Positions 1 through 14,519 of a DNA stretch of 33,537 nucleotides are shown in pieces (within the stretch, counting starts at the first letter, position 1; every line of letters begins with the position of its first letter). The notes under the pieces were generated by a model. The model worked only from the letters and a program-made list of their open reading frames with translations, was not told the origin of the DNA and did not search any database. The DNA is taken from IMG/VR virus record IMGVR_UViG_2734482570_000003; one strand, 5' to 3'. This DNA comes from a virus (lineage: Duplodnaviria > Heunggongvirae > Uroviricota > Caudoviricetes). Made by a program: the position numbers and the translations under genes.

Positions 1-536
1 CAGCACAGCAGCACATCGCCCGGCTGCGCCGCTGACAACGGCACCTGATACAGCCCTGTGGCCTCCAGATTATCAAGATAGAGATTCTGGCCGTTACGCC
101 ACCAGTCATCCTCACGATAAAAGTCCGGCATCTCAATCCCCGCCAGATGGTAAGCGTCCCGGAACAGCGTGTAACAGTCCGTCACCCCGTGCTCAAAGCG
201 CCGCCCGGTGAGATGCGGCACACAGCGGAACTTATGAATCGCCCCCCGGCAGACCAGCCACCACGGCAAATCACTCTGCACCTGCAGCCGCCGGTCGGCC
301 TCACTCAGCCAGGGCAGACCACCGGGATGACTGTGGACCAGCGCCACAATCTCACCCTGCATTTCTGCCTGCAGCCAGTCCTCCGGCGACATCCGGAAAT
401 AATCCTCCGGCTCACCGGAGATATTCACGCAGGGAAAATATCTTTCCCCCTCCGGCGTTCTCACCACGAAGCCGCACGACTCCGCTGGCGCACATCGCCG
501 GGCGTGCGCCAGAATCGCTGATTCTGTCTCTGTCAT
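1..536 (-). CDS. K: Tail assembly protein K (lambda gpK-like), 3-prime end truncated by window edge
   Basis: ATG (plus-strand cat) at 534-536 lies 5 nt after the L stop; open in that frame to the window edge; position in conserved L-K order. Not in ORF track because it is incomplete. Confidence 0.75.
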   Translation of the reverse strand, partial: MTETESAILAHARRCAPAESCGFVVRTPEGERYFPCVNISGEPEDYFRMSPEDWLQAEMQGEIVALVHSHPGGLPWLSEADRRLQVQSDLPWWLVCRGAIHKFRCVPHLTGRRFEHGVTDCYTLFRDAYHLAGIEMPDFYREDDWWRNGQNLYLDNLEATGLYQVPLSAAQPGDVLLC

Positions 537-540
537 GGGA

Positions 541-1239
541 TTACTGCGAAAGTTTGTTAATGGAAAGGAAGCCGCCAAAGTTGCCGACGTTATTGCGGAA
601 CTTACAGCCACTCAGGCATTTGCTGCATTTATCCTTCGTGATATCGGACGTCGGCTGGTCATATTCATCCGCGACCGCCGGACCGCTATAACCGCACTCA
701 TCACCGCGATAGGTCCAGGTGCAGGTGTTGGCCAGCATGATGCGCCCCGGAAAAACAGCACCATCCGTTTCCGTCGGCGTGGACAACACAAAGGAGGCAC
801 TGACCGCGCTCAGTTCGCTGCACTGCTCGACGCGCCAGCGGCTGATCACCTCCTGCTCCGGATCGGCATCACTGTTTCCGTTGACGAAATTCACCGCATC
901 CAGAAAACGGGCGTAAACCTTACGCCTGACCACCGTTCCGCCGACCAGACTCTGCAGATCTTCCACCATCCCGGTGACCATACCGTACAGGTTAGAAACC
1001 GTCAGCGTGGGGCGCGTACTGGTGCCTTTGCCATTCAGTTCAAAACCGCTCCCCTGAATGGGATACGCCTGATACTGTCGCCCCTGCCAGGTGACCGGCT
1101 CACCTTTTTCGTTCTGCTCATTACAGAAAAAATAACGTTCTCCACCGACCTCTGTCAGATCGATTTCCCAGAGCACCACGCTGGCCGACTGCTCCGCACG
1201 GGTGCATTCATTCAGTGTTTCCTGTTGGATATCCTGCAT
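541..1239 (-). CDS. L: Minor tail protein L
   Basis: 232-aa ORF; translation matches lambda gpL as remembered; overlaps M stop. Confidence 0.9.
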   Translation of the reverse strand: MQDIQQETLNECTRAEQSASVVLWEIDLTEVGGERYFFCNEQNEKGEPVTWQGRQYQAYPIQGSGFELNGKGTSTRPTLTVSNLYGMVTGMVEDLQSLVGGTVVRRKVYARFLDAVNFVNGNSDADPEQEVISRWRVEQCSELSAVSASFVLSTPTETDGAVFPGRIMLANTCTWTYRGDECGYSGPAVADEYDQPTSDITKDKCSKCLSGCKFRNNVGNFGGFLSINKLSQ

Positions 1240-1568
1240 CAGTTCACCACCTGTTCAAACTCTGCGCTGAACTCAACACGCAGCATACTGACCCGCGACG
1301 ACCATTTTGCGCAGGTCACCTTTATCTGCCGCCACTCATAAGGCGGCGTCCACAGAAAGGCTTTCCAGCCCCCGTGCTCAGCCAGAAACGACTCCAGCGC
1401 TGTGGCCTCCCAACGGGGAACAGAAAGCGTCACGCTGTACGTTTTCAGGTCAGCGTTCAGCCCGGCAGGCGCTCGCTGGGAATAGCCATCACCAAAGCGC
1501 ACCTTTCTTACGGAAGGGGCCGAAGCCACATCCATACCGGGTTTCACTTTCCAGCGGAAGGTTTTCAT
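1239..1568 (-). CDS. M: Minor tail protein M
   Basis: 109-aa ORF in conserved H-M-L order; ATGA-type overlap with H. Confidence 0.9.
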   Translation of the reverse strand: MKTFRWKVKPGMDVASAPSVRKVRFGDGYSQRAPAGLNADLKTYSVTLSVPRWEATALESFLAEHGGWKAFLWTPPYEWRQIKVTCAKWSSRVSMLRVEFSAEFEQVVN

Positions 1569-4126
1569 CGTCCACCTCCGGAGAACAGACCACCATCGCG
1601 CATCTGCCCGGTCACAACATCCATTGCCGCCTTACGGGCTACGTCATAAACAGCCTTCAGTGCCTGTGGCCCTATCTGACCGTTCGTGCCGTCGTTGTTA
1701 ATCACCACATGGTTATTCTGCTCAAACGTCCCGGACGCCTGCGACCGGCTGTCTGCCATGCTGCCCGGTGTACCGACATAACCGCCGGTGGCATAGCCGC
1801 GCATCAGCCGGTAGAGATTCCCCACGCCAATCCGGCTGGTTGCCTCCTTCGTGAAGACAAACTCACCACGGTGAACAATCCCCGCTGGCTCATATTTGCC
1901 GCCGGTTCCCGTAAATCCCCCGGTCGCAAAATGGAATTTCGCCGCAGCGGCCTGAATGGCTGTACCACCTGACGCTGATGCGCCACCACTGGCAGCACCG
2001 CCAATGGCGCTGCCGATACTCCCGACAATCCCCACCATTGCCTGCTTAAGCAGAATTTCTGTCATCATGGACAGCACGGAACGGGTGAAGCTGCGCCAGT
2101 TCTGTTCACTGCCGGTCAGCATCGCCGCCATATTCTGTGCAATACCATCAAAGGTCTGCGTGGCAGCACTTTTAACCTGCGACATACTGTCCGTGGCGCT
2201 CTCTTCCCACTCACTCCAGCCGGACTTCAGGCCTGCCATCCAGCTCCCGCGAAGCTGGTCTTCAGCCGCCCAGGTCTTTTTCTGCTCTGACATGACGTTA
2301 TTCAGCGCCAGCGGATTATCGCCATACTGTTCCTTCAGACGCTGTTCCGTGGCTTCCCGCGCTGCCTGCCGGTCAGTCAGCCCCCGGCTTTTCGCATCAA
2401 TGGCGGCCCGTTTTGCCCGTTGCTGCTGTGCGAATTTATCCGCCTGCTGCGCCAGCGCATTCAGGTGCTCCTGATACGTGACCTTATCGCCAAGTGCAGC
2501 CAGCTGGCGCTTGTACTCCAGCGTCTCGTCTTTATGCGCCAGCAGGGATTTCTCCTGTGCAGACAGCTGGCGACGTTGCGCCGCCTCCTCCAGTACCGCG
2601 AACTGATTCTCCGCCTTCCACAAATCCCGGCGCTGCTGGCTGATTTTCTCATTCGCTCCGGCATGCTTCTCCAGCGTCCGGAGTTCTGCCTGAAGCGTCA
2701 GCAGGGCAGCATGAGCACTGTCTTCCTGACGATCGCCCGCAGACACCTTCACGCCGGACTGCTTCGGCTTTTTCAGCGTCGCTTCATAATCCTTTTTCGC
2801 TGCCGCCATCAGCGTGTTGTAATCTGCCTGCAGGATTTTCCCGTCTTTCAGTGCCTTATTCAGTTCTTCCTGACGGGCGGTATATTTCTCCAGCGGCGTT
2901 TGCAGGCGTTCGTAAGCCTTCTGCGCCTCTTCGGTATATTTCAGCCGTGACGCTTCGGTATCGCTCTGCTGCTGCGCATTTTTGTCCTGTTGACTCTGCT
3001 GCTCAGCCTTCTTTCGGGCGGCTTCAAGCGCAAGACGGGCCTTTTCACGATCATCCCAGTAACGCGCCCGCGCTTCATCGTTAACAAAATAATCATCCTT
3101 GCGCAGATTCCAGATGTCGTCTGCTTTCTTAAACGCAGCCTCTGCCTTAATCAGCATCTCCTGAGCGGTATCAGGACGACCAATATCCAGCACCGCATCC
3201 CACATGGATTTGAATGCCCGTGCTGTCCTGTCTGCCCAGGTCTCCAGCGTGCCCATGTTCTCTTTCAGGCGGCGGGTCTGGTCATCAAACCCTTTCGTTG
3301 CGGCCTCGTTCGCCGCCTGCAATGCCCCGGCTTCATCGCCGGAACGCTGCAACTGAGCAACATACGCAATCTGCTCCGCCGTCACGTTATGGAACTGGCG
3401 TGCCATCGCCGTCAGCCCCGACGTCGGGTCTGTGGTCAGCTTCCCGAAGGCTTCAGCGACCTTGTCCACCTCCACGCCGGATGCAGAGGAGAAACGCGCC
3501 ACACTCTGGCTGATGGACGCAATCTGAGCCTCACCGCTTACCCCCGCCTTAACCAGTGCGCTGAGTGACTCGCTGGTCTGGTTAAACGTCAGCCCTGCCG
3601 CCTGCCCGGCTCTGGACAGGACCAGCATGCGATCTGCCGTCAGTCCCGCCTGATTGCCGGAAAGGACCAGCGTTTTGTTGAAATCGGACAGGGTTGAGTT
3701 GCCCTGATACCAGGCATACGCCAGCGCACCGGTCGCCACCGCCAGCGAGGTGGCCCCCACCATCGGCAGGGTGATCGCACCGGCAAGCCCCCTGAACATG
3801 GGGATCATCCCGCCGAAGGAGTCCTTAACCTGCCCCCCCTGTTGCAGCAGGATCAGCCACGGACTTTGCCCGCCTGCAAGCTGCGTGGCCACGTCGGTGA
3901 ACTGTGCAGGCAGCATACGCATGGCGGCTTTATACTGCCCGACGGAAATCCCCGCTTTCTGTGCAGCCAGCGCCTGTCGGCTCAGCGACTGTTCAACGAC
4001 TGCCGCTGTTTTTTTCGCATCACTTTCCGTACCGGAAAAATGACGCCTGACTCTGGCCATCTGCTCGTCAAATCTGGCCGCATCCAGACTCAAATCAACG
4101 ACCAGATCGCCTACCGGTTCAGCCAT
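1565..4126 (-). CDS. H: Tail tape measure protein H
   Basis: 853 aa, Ala/Gln-rich coiled-coil middle, Gly-rich C-terminus; same length as lambda gpH. Confidence 0.95.
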   Translation of the reverse strand: MAEPVGDLVVDLSLDAARFDEQMARVRRHFSGTESDAKKTAAVVEQSLSRQALAAQKAGISVGQYKAAMRMLPAQFTDVATQLAGGQSPWLILLQQGGQVKDSFGGMIPMFRGLAGAITLPMVGATSLAVATGALAYAWYQGNSTLSDFNKTLVLSGNQAGLTADRMLVLSRAGQAAGLTFNQTSESLSALVKAGVSGEAQIASISQSVARFSSASGVEVDKVAEAFGKLTTDPTSGLTAMARQFHNVTAEQIAYVAQLQRSGDEAGALQAANEAATKGFDDQTRRLKENMGTLETWADRTARAFKSMWDAVLDIGRPDTAQEMLIKAEAAFKKADDIWNLRKDDYFVNDEARARYWDDREKARLALEAARKKAEQQSQQDKNAQQQSDTEASRLKYTEEAQKAYERLQTPLEKYTARQEELNKALKDGKILQADYNTLMAAAKKDYEATLKKPKQSGVKVSAGDRQEDSAHAALLTLQAELRTLEKHAGANEKISQQRRDLWKAENQFAVLEEAAQRRQLSAQEKSLLAHKDETLEYKRQLAALGDKVTYQEHLNALAQQADKFAQQQRAKRAAIDAKSRGLTDRQAAREATEQRLKEQYGDNPLALNNVMSEQKKTWAAEDQLRGSWMAGLKSGWSEWEESATDSMSQVKSAATQTFDGIAQNMAAMLTGSEQNWRSFTRSVLSMMTEILLKQAMVGIVGSIGSAIGGAASGGASASGGTAIQAAAAKFHFATGGFTGTGGKYEPAGIVHRGEFVFTKEATSRIGVGNLYRLMRGYATGGYVGTPGSMADSRSQASGTFEQNNHVVINNDGTNGQIGPQALKAVYDVARKAAMDVVTGQMRDGGLFSGGGR

Positions 4127-4553
4127 ACCGGACTCCTCCTGCGATCCCTTCTGATACTGTCATCAGCATTACGTCATCCTCCGTCATTTCAGCCACATCC
4201 GGGGAAGCGGAGATAACTTCATTCCCGTCCGGACCAAAGCGGACGCCTCCGGCAAGCCCTGCCGCTTTCTGCATCAGCACATCATCTTCAGGCTCTTCGT
4301 CAGCCTCGCGCCGGTTCAGCAGACTGAAATCCAGCGGATGCATATCCGGATCGCTGAAAAACAGGCTGAGTACGGTGTACGTCAGCCCGGAAAAGTGCAT
4401 ATCCAGCAGAACATCATGAAAATAATGGGTACTGTAAAAGCGGTGCCAGTCGGCGTACTCCGTGGATGACATCCCGGCAAGCATGGCGCGCCAGTCGGGT
4501 CGCCCCATCTCTCGCGCCAGTTTCAGGGCAAAACTCAGCTCACCGTCGAACAC
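4119..4553 (-). CDS. T: T segment of tail assembly chaperone GT (expressed as G-T fusion by -1 frameshift)
   Basis: ORF in -1 frame relative to G, beginning right after the slippery heptamer; lambda G/GT arrangement. Confidence 0.85.
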   Translation of the reverse strand: MFDGELSFALKLAREMGRPDWRAMLAGMSSTEYADWHRFYSTHYFHDVLLDMHFSGLTYTVLSLFFSDPDMHPLDFSLLNRREADEEPEDDVLMQKAAGLAGGVRFGPDGNEVISASPDVAEMTEDDVMLMTVSEGIAGGVRYG

Positions 4554-4957
4554 TTTCCCGCAGAAACAGGCTCTGCAGGCCCGGCGTCCTCTGTCTGTTC
4601 AGGGGCATCATTCACCACAAACTCATACATTCCGGACAGCCGGTACACCACGTTTTCAGCATGAGAAATTGCCTCCGCGGGCCAGGTGGTAAGCACTTCC
4701 TGCTCAATCTGTTTAACGGCTTCATTCATGGACGGCATCTGCGTCTTCTTCGGATGGTTATGCCACAGGGACATCGCCACCACAAAAGCACCGGTTCTGA
4801 TAATGTCTGCCAAAGCAACCTGTTGGTTGCTGTCGGAGTCCGCCTGTTCTGCCTGCCGTTTCATCAGAAAAAGATGCTCAATACGCTGCAGGGCTGACAG
4901 TTCAGAAATCGTGACGGTCACGCCGTTATGTTCAAATGATTCGGTTTTCAGGAACAT
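4535..4957 (-). CDS. G: Tail assembly chaperone G
   Basis: 140-aa ORF between V and T; ends shortly after the slippery site. Confidence 0.9.
   Translation of the reverse strand: MFLKTESFEHNGVTVTISELSALQRIEHLFLMKRQAEQADSDSNQQVALADIIRTGAFVVAMSLWHNHPKKTQMPSMNEAVKQIEQEVLTTWPAEAISHAENVVYRLSGMYEFVVNDAPEQTEDAGPAEPVSAGKCSTVS
4553..4559 (-). other. Programmed -1 ribosomal frameshift slippery site GGGAAAG (G to GT)
   Basis: Plus-strand ctttccc is GGGAAAG on the coding strand, at the G/T overlap where G ends ...AGKCSTVS. Confidence 0.75.
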
Positions 4958-4972
4958 CGCTGACTCTCCGGA

Positions 4973-5713
4973 TTAGCTGTCGGTGACGTTGATTTCTGCA
5001 ACCGCAGCAAACTCACCATTACCGGATACAACCGGAATGTTGACCTTGCCTGCAGCAACACCTTTCACGGTGATGGTCATACCACTGACCGACACGGTGG
5101 CTTTTGTTTTATCCGCAGACACCGCACGGAAGCTCTTGTCGGTTGCGCCCTCCGGCTGGAATGCCACGGTCAGCGTCGTGCTCTGCCCTTTCACCACCGA
5201 GGTGCTGGCAGGCGTCACGGTCATACCGGTTGCCGCTGTTACCGTGCTGCGATCTTCTGCCATCGACGGACGTCCCACGTTGGTGACTTTCACCGTGCGG
5301 GTGATCACTTCCTTCGCTGTCACCGCCTTACCGATGCTGCTGACCCAGCCGCGGAACACATCGACCGTGCCGTTCGGGAAGCGGATTTTATAGGCACGGG
5401 TATCACCTTCATTAAACCACGCCAGCAGCGCCTGCTGCCCCTGCTCTCCGGGCATCCACGCCAGCGTGAAGCTGGTATCTCCGGCAGATTTCTGCCCCTG
5501 CCCGGTCGCGCTCCAGTCTGCATCTTCATCATCGAGATAGCTGTCGTCATAGGACTCAGCGGTCAGTTCGCCGGGCGTCAGGTCTTTAACTTTAGCCAGA
5601 CGCGACCAGTCAACGTCTGAAAGCGGGTTCGCATAAGGGTCACCGTTCCCCTTATAAACCCACAGGGTGGTTCCGGCACCTTTCACCGGTGCCAGAGGAT
5701 TTGGTGTTGGCAT
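4973..5713 (-). CDS. V: Major tail protein V (with C-terminal Ig-like domain)
   Basis: Track ORF 4973..5743; probable true start is the internal Met ([22 protein letters not shown]...), giving about 246 aa as in lambda gpV. Confidence 0.9.
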   Translation of the reverse strand: MPTPNPLAPVKGAGTTLWVYKGNGDPYANPLSDVDWSRLAKVKDLTPGELTAESYDDSYLDDEDADWSATGQGQKSAGDTSFTLAWMPGEQGQQALLAWFNEGDTRAYKIRFPNGTVDVFRGWVSSIGKAVTAKEVITRTVKVTNVGRPSMAEDRSTVTAATGMTVTPASTSVVKGQSTTLTVAFQPEGATDKSFRAVSADKTKATVSVSGMTITVKGVAAGKVNIPVVSGNGEFAAVAEINVTDS

Positions 5714-5720
5714 ATCGTCC

Positions 5721-6116
5721 TCACATTTCATAGGTAATGACATAAGTCAGATCGGCTGAACTCCACAGGCCCGCATCATCGTCGCGCCGGTAGTCATAGC
5801 CACTGGCCACCATACTGGTGATCAAATCTGACAGTGCCGGGATATCGCTCATCACCGGATAAATCCGGGACTCCATCCACGCATCCAGCTCTGAATCCGG
5901 CACCTGAGCAGGCAGGAAAACTTCAATATGCAGCTCCGCCTGCCAGGTATCGCTGTCCAGCTCTTCGCCCGTGTATTCAGCGCCGGTGAGATAAACGGCA
6001 ACTGCCGGAAAATCCGCCTCATCAAAAACAGCGGGGCGACCATCAAAAAACGTCGCCCCGGTGTCATGCTTCTCCAGTGCATCCAGTACGGCTGCACGGA
6101 GTTCAGTATGTTTCAT
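5721..6116 (-). CDS. U: Tail terminator protein U
   Basis: 131 aa; conserved position between Z and V. Confidence 0.9.
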   Translation of the reverse strand: MKHTELRAAVLDALEKHDTGATFFDGRPAVFDEADFPAVAVYLTGAEYTGEELDSDTWQAELHIEVFLPAQVPDSELDAWMESRIYPVMSDIPALSDLITSMVASGYDYRRDDDAGLWSSADLTYVITYEM

Positions 6117-6691
6117 CGCTTTATTACCATCCTCAGTTGATGCTGCAGCGCATAGCCCAGCTCTTTCGGAAGACGTTCACGCCGTATCTGCTCAATATTC
6201 TGTTTAAACGCCGTGGTCAGCGGCACCGCCATCGGGATTTTCACCACATCAATGGGGTAACGGTTTTTCCCGGCCACACGCTGCATGACATGCCACCGGC
6301 CATTTTTCAGTTGCTGAATAAACGCGCCGGGAATACGACGGTTTCCCACCACAAGCACGCTGCCGCCACCTTTCAGGGATGAACGCTGCCCCTTTTTACG
6401 ACGCCTGCGGCGGGACAGGACAACCCGCGCATTCCCCAGCTTGATTACGGGCAAATCCCCCCGGTTAACCCTGATTCTGGCCTGCGGATTTTTGACCGTG
6501 GCCCTTTTCAGCCTGGCCCTTTCCTTTACCAGTTTCCGGCGTACCTTTGTCTCACGGGCAACCTGTGCCGCCGACTGCGATATCGCGGATGAAGCAACGC
6601 GGTTAATGGCCATTGCTGACGCACCAGGCACCGCCGTTTTGCTGATACGGCTGAGGTTTTCAACGGCCTGCTCAAGACCTTTTATGGCCAT
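6113..6691 (-). CDS. Z: Tail completion protein Z
   Basis: 192 aa; basic Arg-rich middle; conserved order. Confidence 0.9.
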   Translation of the reverse strand: MAIKGLEQAVENLSRISKTAVPGASAMAINRVASSAISQSAAQVARETKVRRKLVKERARLKRATVKNPQARIRVNRGDLPVIKLGNARVVLSRRRRRKKGQRSSLKGGGSVLVVGNRRIPGAFIQQLKNGRWHVMQRVAGKNRYPIDVVKIPMAVPLTTAFKQNIEQIRRERLPKELGYALQHQLRMVIKR

Positions 6692-6702
6692 ACATCCCCC
6701 TT

Positions 6703-7056
6703 TCAGCGACGACGGTTAACGGCAGGCGGCACGCCACGCCCAAGCCAGAGATGACAGCTTCCGCCATCATCCGGCGAAATCCGGTCTATCCAGAAGTTTT
6801 CCTCACCGATGGTCAGCGTGTCTCCACGCCGCAGCTGCCGCACATCATCAGTCCGGACAAACAGGGACGGGCTGGAGCCTTCAACGCGCACGCCCTGTCC
6901 GGCATAGCTGATATTTTCAGGGTCATCAAAAACACCACGTATCACAGCACCGGACTGCTCACCGGATGTCATGGTGGCTGACGTTCCCATGTACCCGCGT
7001 ATCGTTTCATCGGCGCGGGCAATGGCAGCATCGAACAGGTTATCGAAATCAGCCAC
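6703..7056 (-). CDS. FII: Head-tail joining protein FII
   Basis: 117 aa; conserved order. Confidence 0.9.
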   Translation of the reverse strand: MADFDNLFDAAIARADETIRGYMGTSATMTSGEQSGAVIRGVFDDPENISYAGQGVRVEGSSPSLFVRTDDVRQLRRGDTLTIGEENFWIDRISPDDGGSCHLWLGRGVPPAVNRRR

Positions 7057-7067
7057 AGCGCCTCCCG

Positions 7068-7463
7068 TTATTGCATTCTGGCCAGGCCGCGCTCTGTCAT
7101 TTCGGCTGCCACACCGGCAGAGACACGAAACGCCGTTCCCGGCAGCACAAATGCCACAGGTTCATCCCGCGTGGCGTGAAGTGCATCGGTATGCAGCGTC
7201 ACCAGTGCCACAACCGTGACCAGAGCAGCCGTATCAGTCACGGTATCCGTCTGTGCTGATACCACCTCATTTTCATGTCCGGTCAGCGCATTTTCCGGGC
7301 TGACAGACGAGTCCTGACCGGCTGCGTCATCCGTGTCATCAAGCTCCTCTTCCAGCTCTGCCACACGGAGCGCCAGTTCTTCTTTCGTCCCCGTCAGGCT
7401 GACATCACGGTTCAGTTGCTCACCCAGCGACCGGAGACGGGCAATCAGTTCATCTTTCGTCAT
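7068..7463 (-). CDS. FI: DNA packaging protein FI
   Basis: Track ORF 7068..7502; likely start at internal MTKDELIARLRSLGEQL; central segment looks divergent from lambda FI. Confidence 0.8.
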   Translation of the reverse strand: MTKDELIARLRSLGEQLNRDVSLTGTKEELALRVAELEEELDDTDDAAGQDSSVSPENALTGHENEVVSAQTDTVTDTAALVTVVALVTLHTDALHATRDEPVAFVLPGTAFRVSAGVAAEMTERGLARMQ

Positions 7464-7504
7464 GGACTCCTCCACAGAGAAACAATGGCCCCGAAGGGCC
7501 ATGA

Positions 7505-8530
7505 TTACGCCAGTTGTACGGACACGAACGCATCAGGGTCAGCCAGCAGCATCAGCGGTGCTGACTGAATCATGGTGAACTCACGCGCCGGATCGCCAGT
7601 GGTCACCCAGTTTTTCGGGTAGCGGGCAGAGGCGTTAATACCTTCGCGCTGTGCGTCCGCATCCTGAATGCATCCATAGGTGCGCAGACCGCGTGCCTGA
7701 GTGTTCCCCAGCACCATCGTGTTGTCCGGCAGGAAGTTCTTTTTGACGTCGTTTTCCACGTACTGTCCGGAATACACGACGATCGCCGTATCGCCATACA
7801 TCCCCTTATAGGACACCGCTTCGCCCAGGTCTTTTACCGCTGTCTCCAGCTCGGAATTAGAGCCGCGACGGGTATCCAGCTTCTCCTTGACGGCTTTGAA
7901 GGAACGGAACAGCGCCCAGCCTTTCGGATCAAACACGATGATATTCACCACGCCGCTGGCGTTCAGTGCGTAGGCTTCGATATCGTCGGTCGGGTCATAC
8001 GTGGACTTGTCACGCTTGCTCCACTCCGTGCCGCCGGACTGTGTGATGTTATTCGCCGCACTGCGGCCCATATCCACCTCAACCGGATCGAAGGCTTCAC
8101 CGGTCATGGTGTATTTGCCCTTAAGCACGGCAGAAACGGCCTGCATCTCTTCGACCTGAGCAATGGCCAGCTCTTCGTCTCGCATGTTCTGCATGATGAT
8201 GCGACGGCGGCGGTAAGCCGGGTCTGCCAGATTCTGTGGATCTTCATCCGGCAGGCGACGCAGGGTCATCTGCGGATTCACCTCATGCTTCGGCTTGACA
8301 TATCCCGGCGTAAATTCGGAGGTGGAGCCGCCACGGGAGCGGATAACCTCACCGGAAACAATCGGCGAAACGTACAGCGCCATGTTTACCAGTCCCGGAA
8401 TTTGTGAGAGATAGACTTTCTCCGTGGTGAAGGGATAGCTCTCACGGAAAAAGAGACGCAGAAACAGCGGATCAAACTTAAATTTCTTCTCATTTGCCGC
8501 CAGCAGCTGGGCGGTTGTGTACATCGACAT
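7505..8530 (-). CDS. E: Major capsid protein E
   Basis: Track ORF 7505..8557; true start at MSMYTTAQLLAAN gives 341 aa as in lambda gpE. Confidence 0.95.
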   Translation of the reverse strand: MSMYTTAQLLAANEKKFKFDPLFLRLFFRESYPFTTEKVYLSQIPGLVNMALYVSPIVSGEVIRSRGGSTSEFTPGYVKPKHEVNPQMTLRRLPDEDPQNLADPAYRRRRIIMQNMRDEELAIAQVEEMQAVSAVLKGKYTMTGEAFDPVEVDMGRSAANNITQSGGTEWSKRDKSTYDPTDDIEAYALNASGVVNIIVFDPKGWALFRSFKAVKEKLDTRRGSNSELETAVKDLGEAVSYKGMYGDTAIVVYSGQYVENDVKKNFLPDNTMVLGNTQARGLRTYGCIQDADAQREGINASARYPKNWVTTGDPAREFTMIQSAPLMLLADPDAFVSVQLA

Positions 8531-8543
8531 AAAAAAATCCCGT

Positions 8544-8565
8544 AAAAAAAGCCGCACAGGCGGCC
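8544..8565 (-). terminator. Stem-loop plus T-run between D and E (attenuator/terminator-like)
   Basis: On the minus strand GCCGC-CTGT-GCGGC followed by seven T residues; same position as the lambda D-E intergenic hairpin. Confidence 0.5.
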
Positions 8566-8585
8566 TTTAGTGATGAAGGGTAAGG

Positions 8586-8918
8586 TTAAACGATGCTGAT
8601 TGCCGTTCCGGCAAACGCAGTCCGTTTTTTCGTCTCGTCGCTGGCAGCCTCCGGCCAGAGCACATCCTCATAACGGAACGTGCCGGACTTGTAGAACGTC
8701 AGCGTGGTGCTGGTCTGGTCAGCAGCAACCGCCAGAATGCCAACGGCAGCACCGTCGGTGGTGCCATCCCACACAACCAGCTTACGGGTGGCGGTGTCCA
8801 GCATCAGCGGGGTCATTGCAGGCGTTTTCGCACTCAATCCGCCGGGCGCGGTTGCCGTATGTGCCGGGTCACTGTTGCCCAGCGGCTGGTAATGGGTAAA
8901 GGTTTCTTTGCTCGTCAT
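8586..8918 (-). CDS. D: Head decoration protein D
   Basis: Track ORF 8586..8924; start at [12 protein letters not shown] gives 110 aa. Confidence 0.9.
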   Translation of the reverse strand: MTSKETFTHYQPLGNSDPAHTATAPGGLSAKTPAMTPLMLDTATRKLVVWDGTTDGAAVGILAVAADQTSTTLTFYKSGTFRYEDVLWPEAASDETKKRTAFAGTAISIV

Positions 8919-8927
8919 AAACATCCC

Positions 8928-10227
8928 TTACACTGGTGTGTTCAGCAAATCGTTAACGGCATCAGATGCCGGGTTACCTGCAGCCAGCGGTGCCGGTGCC
9001 CCCTGCATCAGACGATCCAGCGCAGTGTCACTGCGCGCCTGTGCACTCTGTGGTGCAGCTGCCAGAATGCGGCGGGCCGTTTCCACGGTCATACCGGGGG
9101 TTTCTGCCAGCACGCGGGCCTGTTCTTCGCGTCCGTGAGCCTCCTCACAGTTGAGGATCCCCATAATGCGACTGTTTTCTGCCGCAACCGCTGCGGTGAT
9201 CTGCGCGTTCACGTCCGGTTGCGCCGCGCTGGCGTTTTCGCCCTCCGTCGCTGGCACCACGTCAGTAACGTCAGCCTGCGAAGCAGTGGCTGAAACAGTT
9301 GTTGATTGAGTCTCTTTGGTCATTCGCCCTCCTGAGAGACGGGATTTACGTGCATCCAGTGCATCACGCATGACGGTGATCGCATCGGTACTGTTAACAA
9401 GTTCATCAGCCAGTCCGGCATCAATGGCCTCCTGACCGCTGTACACTGCAGCCTCGGTATCCAGCACAGCCTGCACGGACAGGCCGGTATATGCCGACAC
9501 CTTCTGTGCAAACATCCGGCGGGTTGCATCCATCCGGGACTGCAGTGTTTCCCGGACATCATCCGGTAGATGGCTGTAGGGGTTGCCATCCACCTTATGG
9601 CTGCCGCTGTAAATCAGCGTGATTTCCACGCCCTGTTTCTCCAGCGCAGCACCGTAATTACTGTGAGCCATCATGACGCCGATGGAGCCTGTCCGGGCGG
9701 TCTGCGTGACCAGACGCCGGGAGGCGGCGCTGGCAAGCAACTGACCTGCACTGCAGTTCATGTCGTTGGCCAGCGCCCATACCGGCTTTATGTCACGCAC
9801 ACGGGCGATGATGTCAGCGCAGTCAAATGCCCCTGCCACCATTCCGCCGGGCGTGTCCATATCGAGCAGAATGCCGTCCACCATCGGGTCGCTGGCAGCC
9901 TGTTGCAGACGGGCGATAATGCCGTTGTAACCGGTCATCCCCGAATACGGCTGCAGCGCCCGTGTCCGGCTGACCAGCGTGCCGGAAACCGGCAGCACGG
10001 CGATGCCGTTCATGACCTGATAACTGCGGGCCTGTCGTGGTCCGTCATCATCAACGGATAACGCCAGCGTCGCGGGTGCCTCTCCGGCAGTCAGGCTGTC
10101 GCCGGATACCGCATCCGTCAGGCGGCTGATCCCAAGCTGGCCTGCAAGCGCACAAAAGAAAACCCGCGCATAGGCGGGTTCAAGCATCAGCGGCTCATTA
10201 AAGGCCATACTGGCAATATGCGGGAGA

Positions 10228-10247
<20 letters not shown>
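8928..10247 (-). CDS. C: Head maturation protease/scaffold C with nested in-frame Nu3
   Basis: Track ORF 8928..10361 has an N-terminal extension; GTG start at VTAELRNLPHIASMAF gives 439 aa; overlaps the end of B as in lambda. Confidence 0.85.
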
Positions 10248-13928
<3,681 letters not shown>

Positions 13929-13954
<26 letters not shown>

Positions 13955-14474
13955 TCAGCAACCCCGGTATCAGTTCATCCAGCGCGGCTGCTTTGTTCAT
14001 GGCTTTGATGATATCCCGTTTCAGGAAATCAATATGCCGGTTATCCAGCTCAGGAAAACGTCGCTGCACCGACAGAGGAATACCGTCGAGAATACTGGAT
14101 ATTTCCCTTGCTATACGCGACAGCACGAAAGTACAGAATGCGGTTTCCACCACTTCAGCCGATTCTTTGGCATTTTTCAGTTCCTGCGCCGTCGCCTGAG
14201 CACGAGTCAGGCGATGGCGCTCAAATTCAAGTGTTCCTGGGTGAAGATCTGCCTCGCTGGCCAGCCGCAGTTCTTCAACCTCCCGGCGCAGCTTTTCGTT
14301 CTCAATTTCAGCATCCCTTTCGGCATACCATTTTATGACGGCGGCAGAGTCATAAAGCACCTCATTACCCTTGCCACCGCCTCGCAGAACGGGCATTCCC
14401 TGCTCTTGCCAGTTCTGAATGGTACGGATACTCGCACCGAAAATATCAGCCAGCTGCTTTTTGTTGACTTCCAT
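13929..14474 (-). CDS. Nu1: Terminase small subunit Nu1
   Basis: 181 aa; N-terminal winged-helix segment MEVNKKQLADIFGASIRTIQNWQEQGMP; first gene after cos. Confidence 0.95.
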
Positions 14475-14519
14475 TGTTCATTCCACGGACAAAAACAGAG
14501 AAAGGAAACGACAGAGGCC

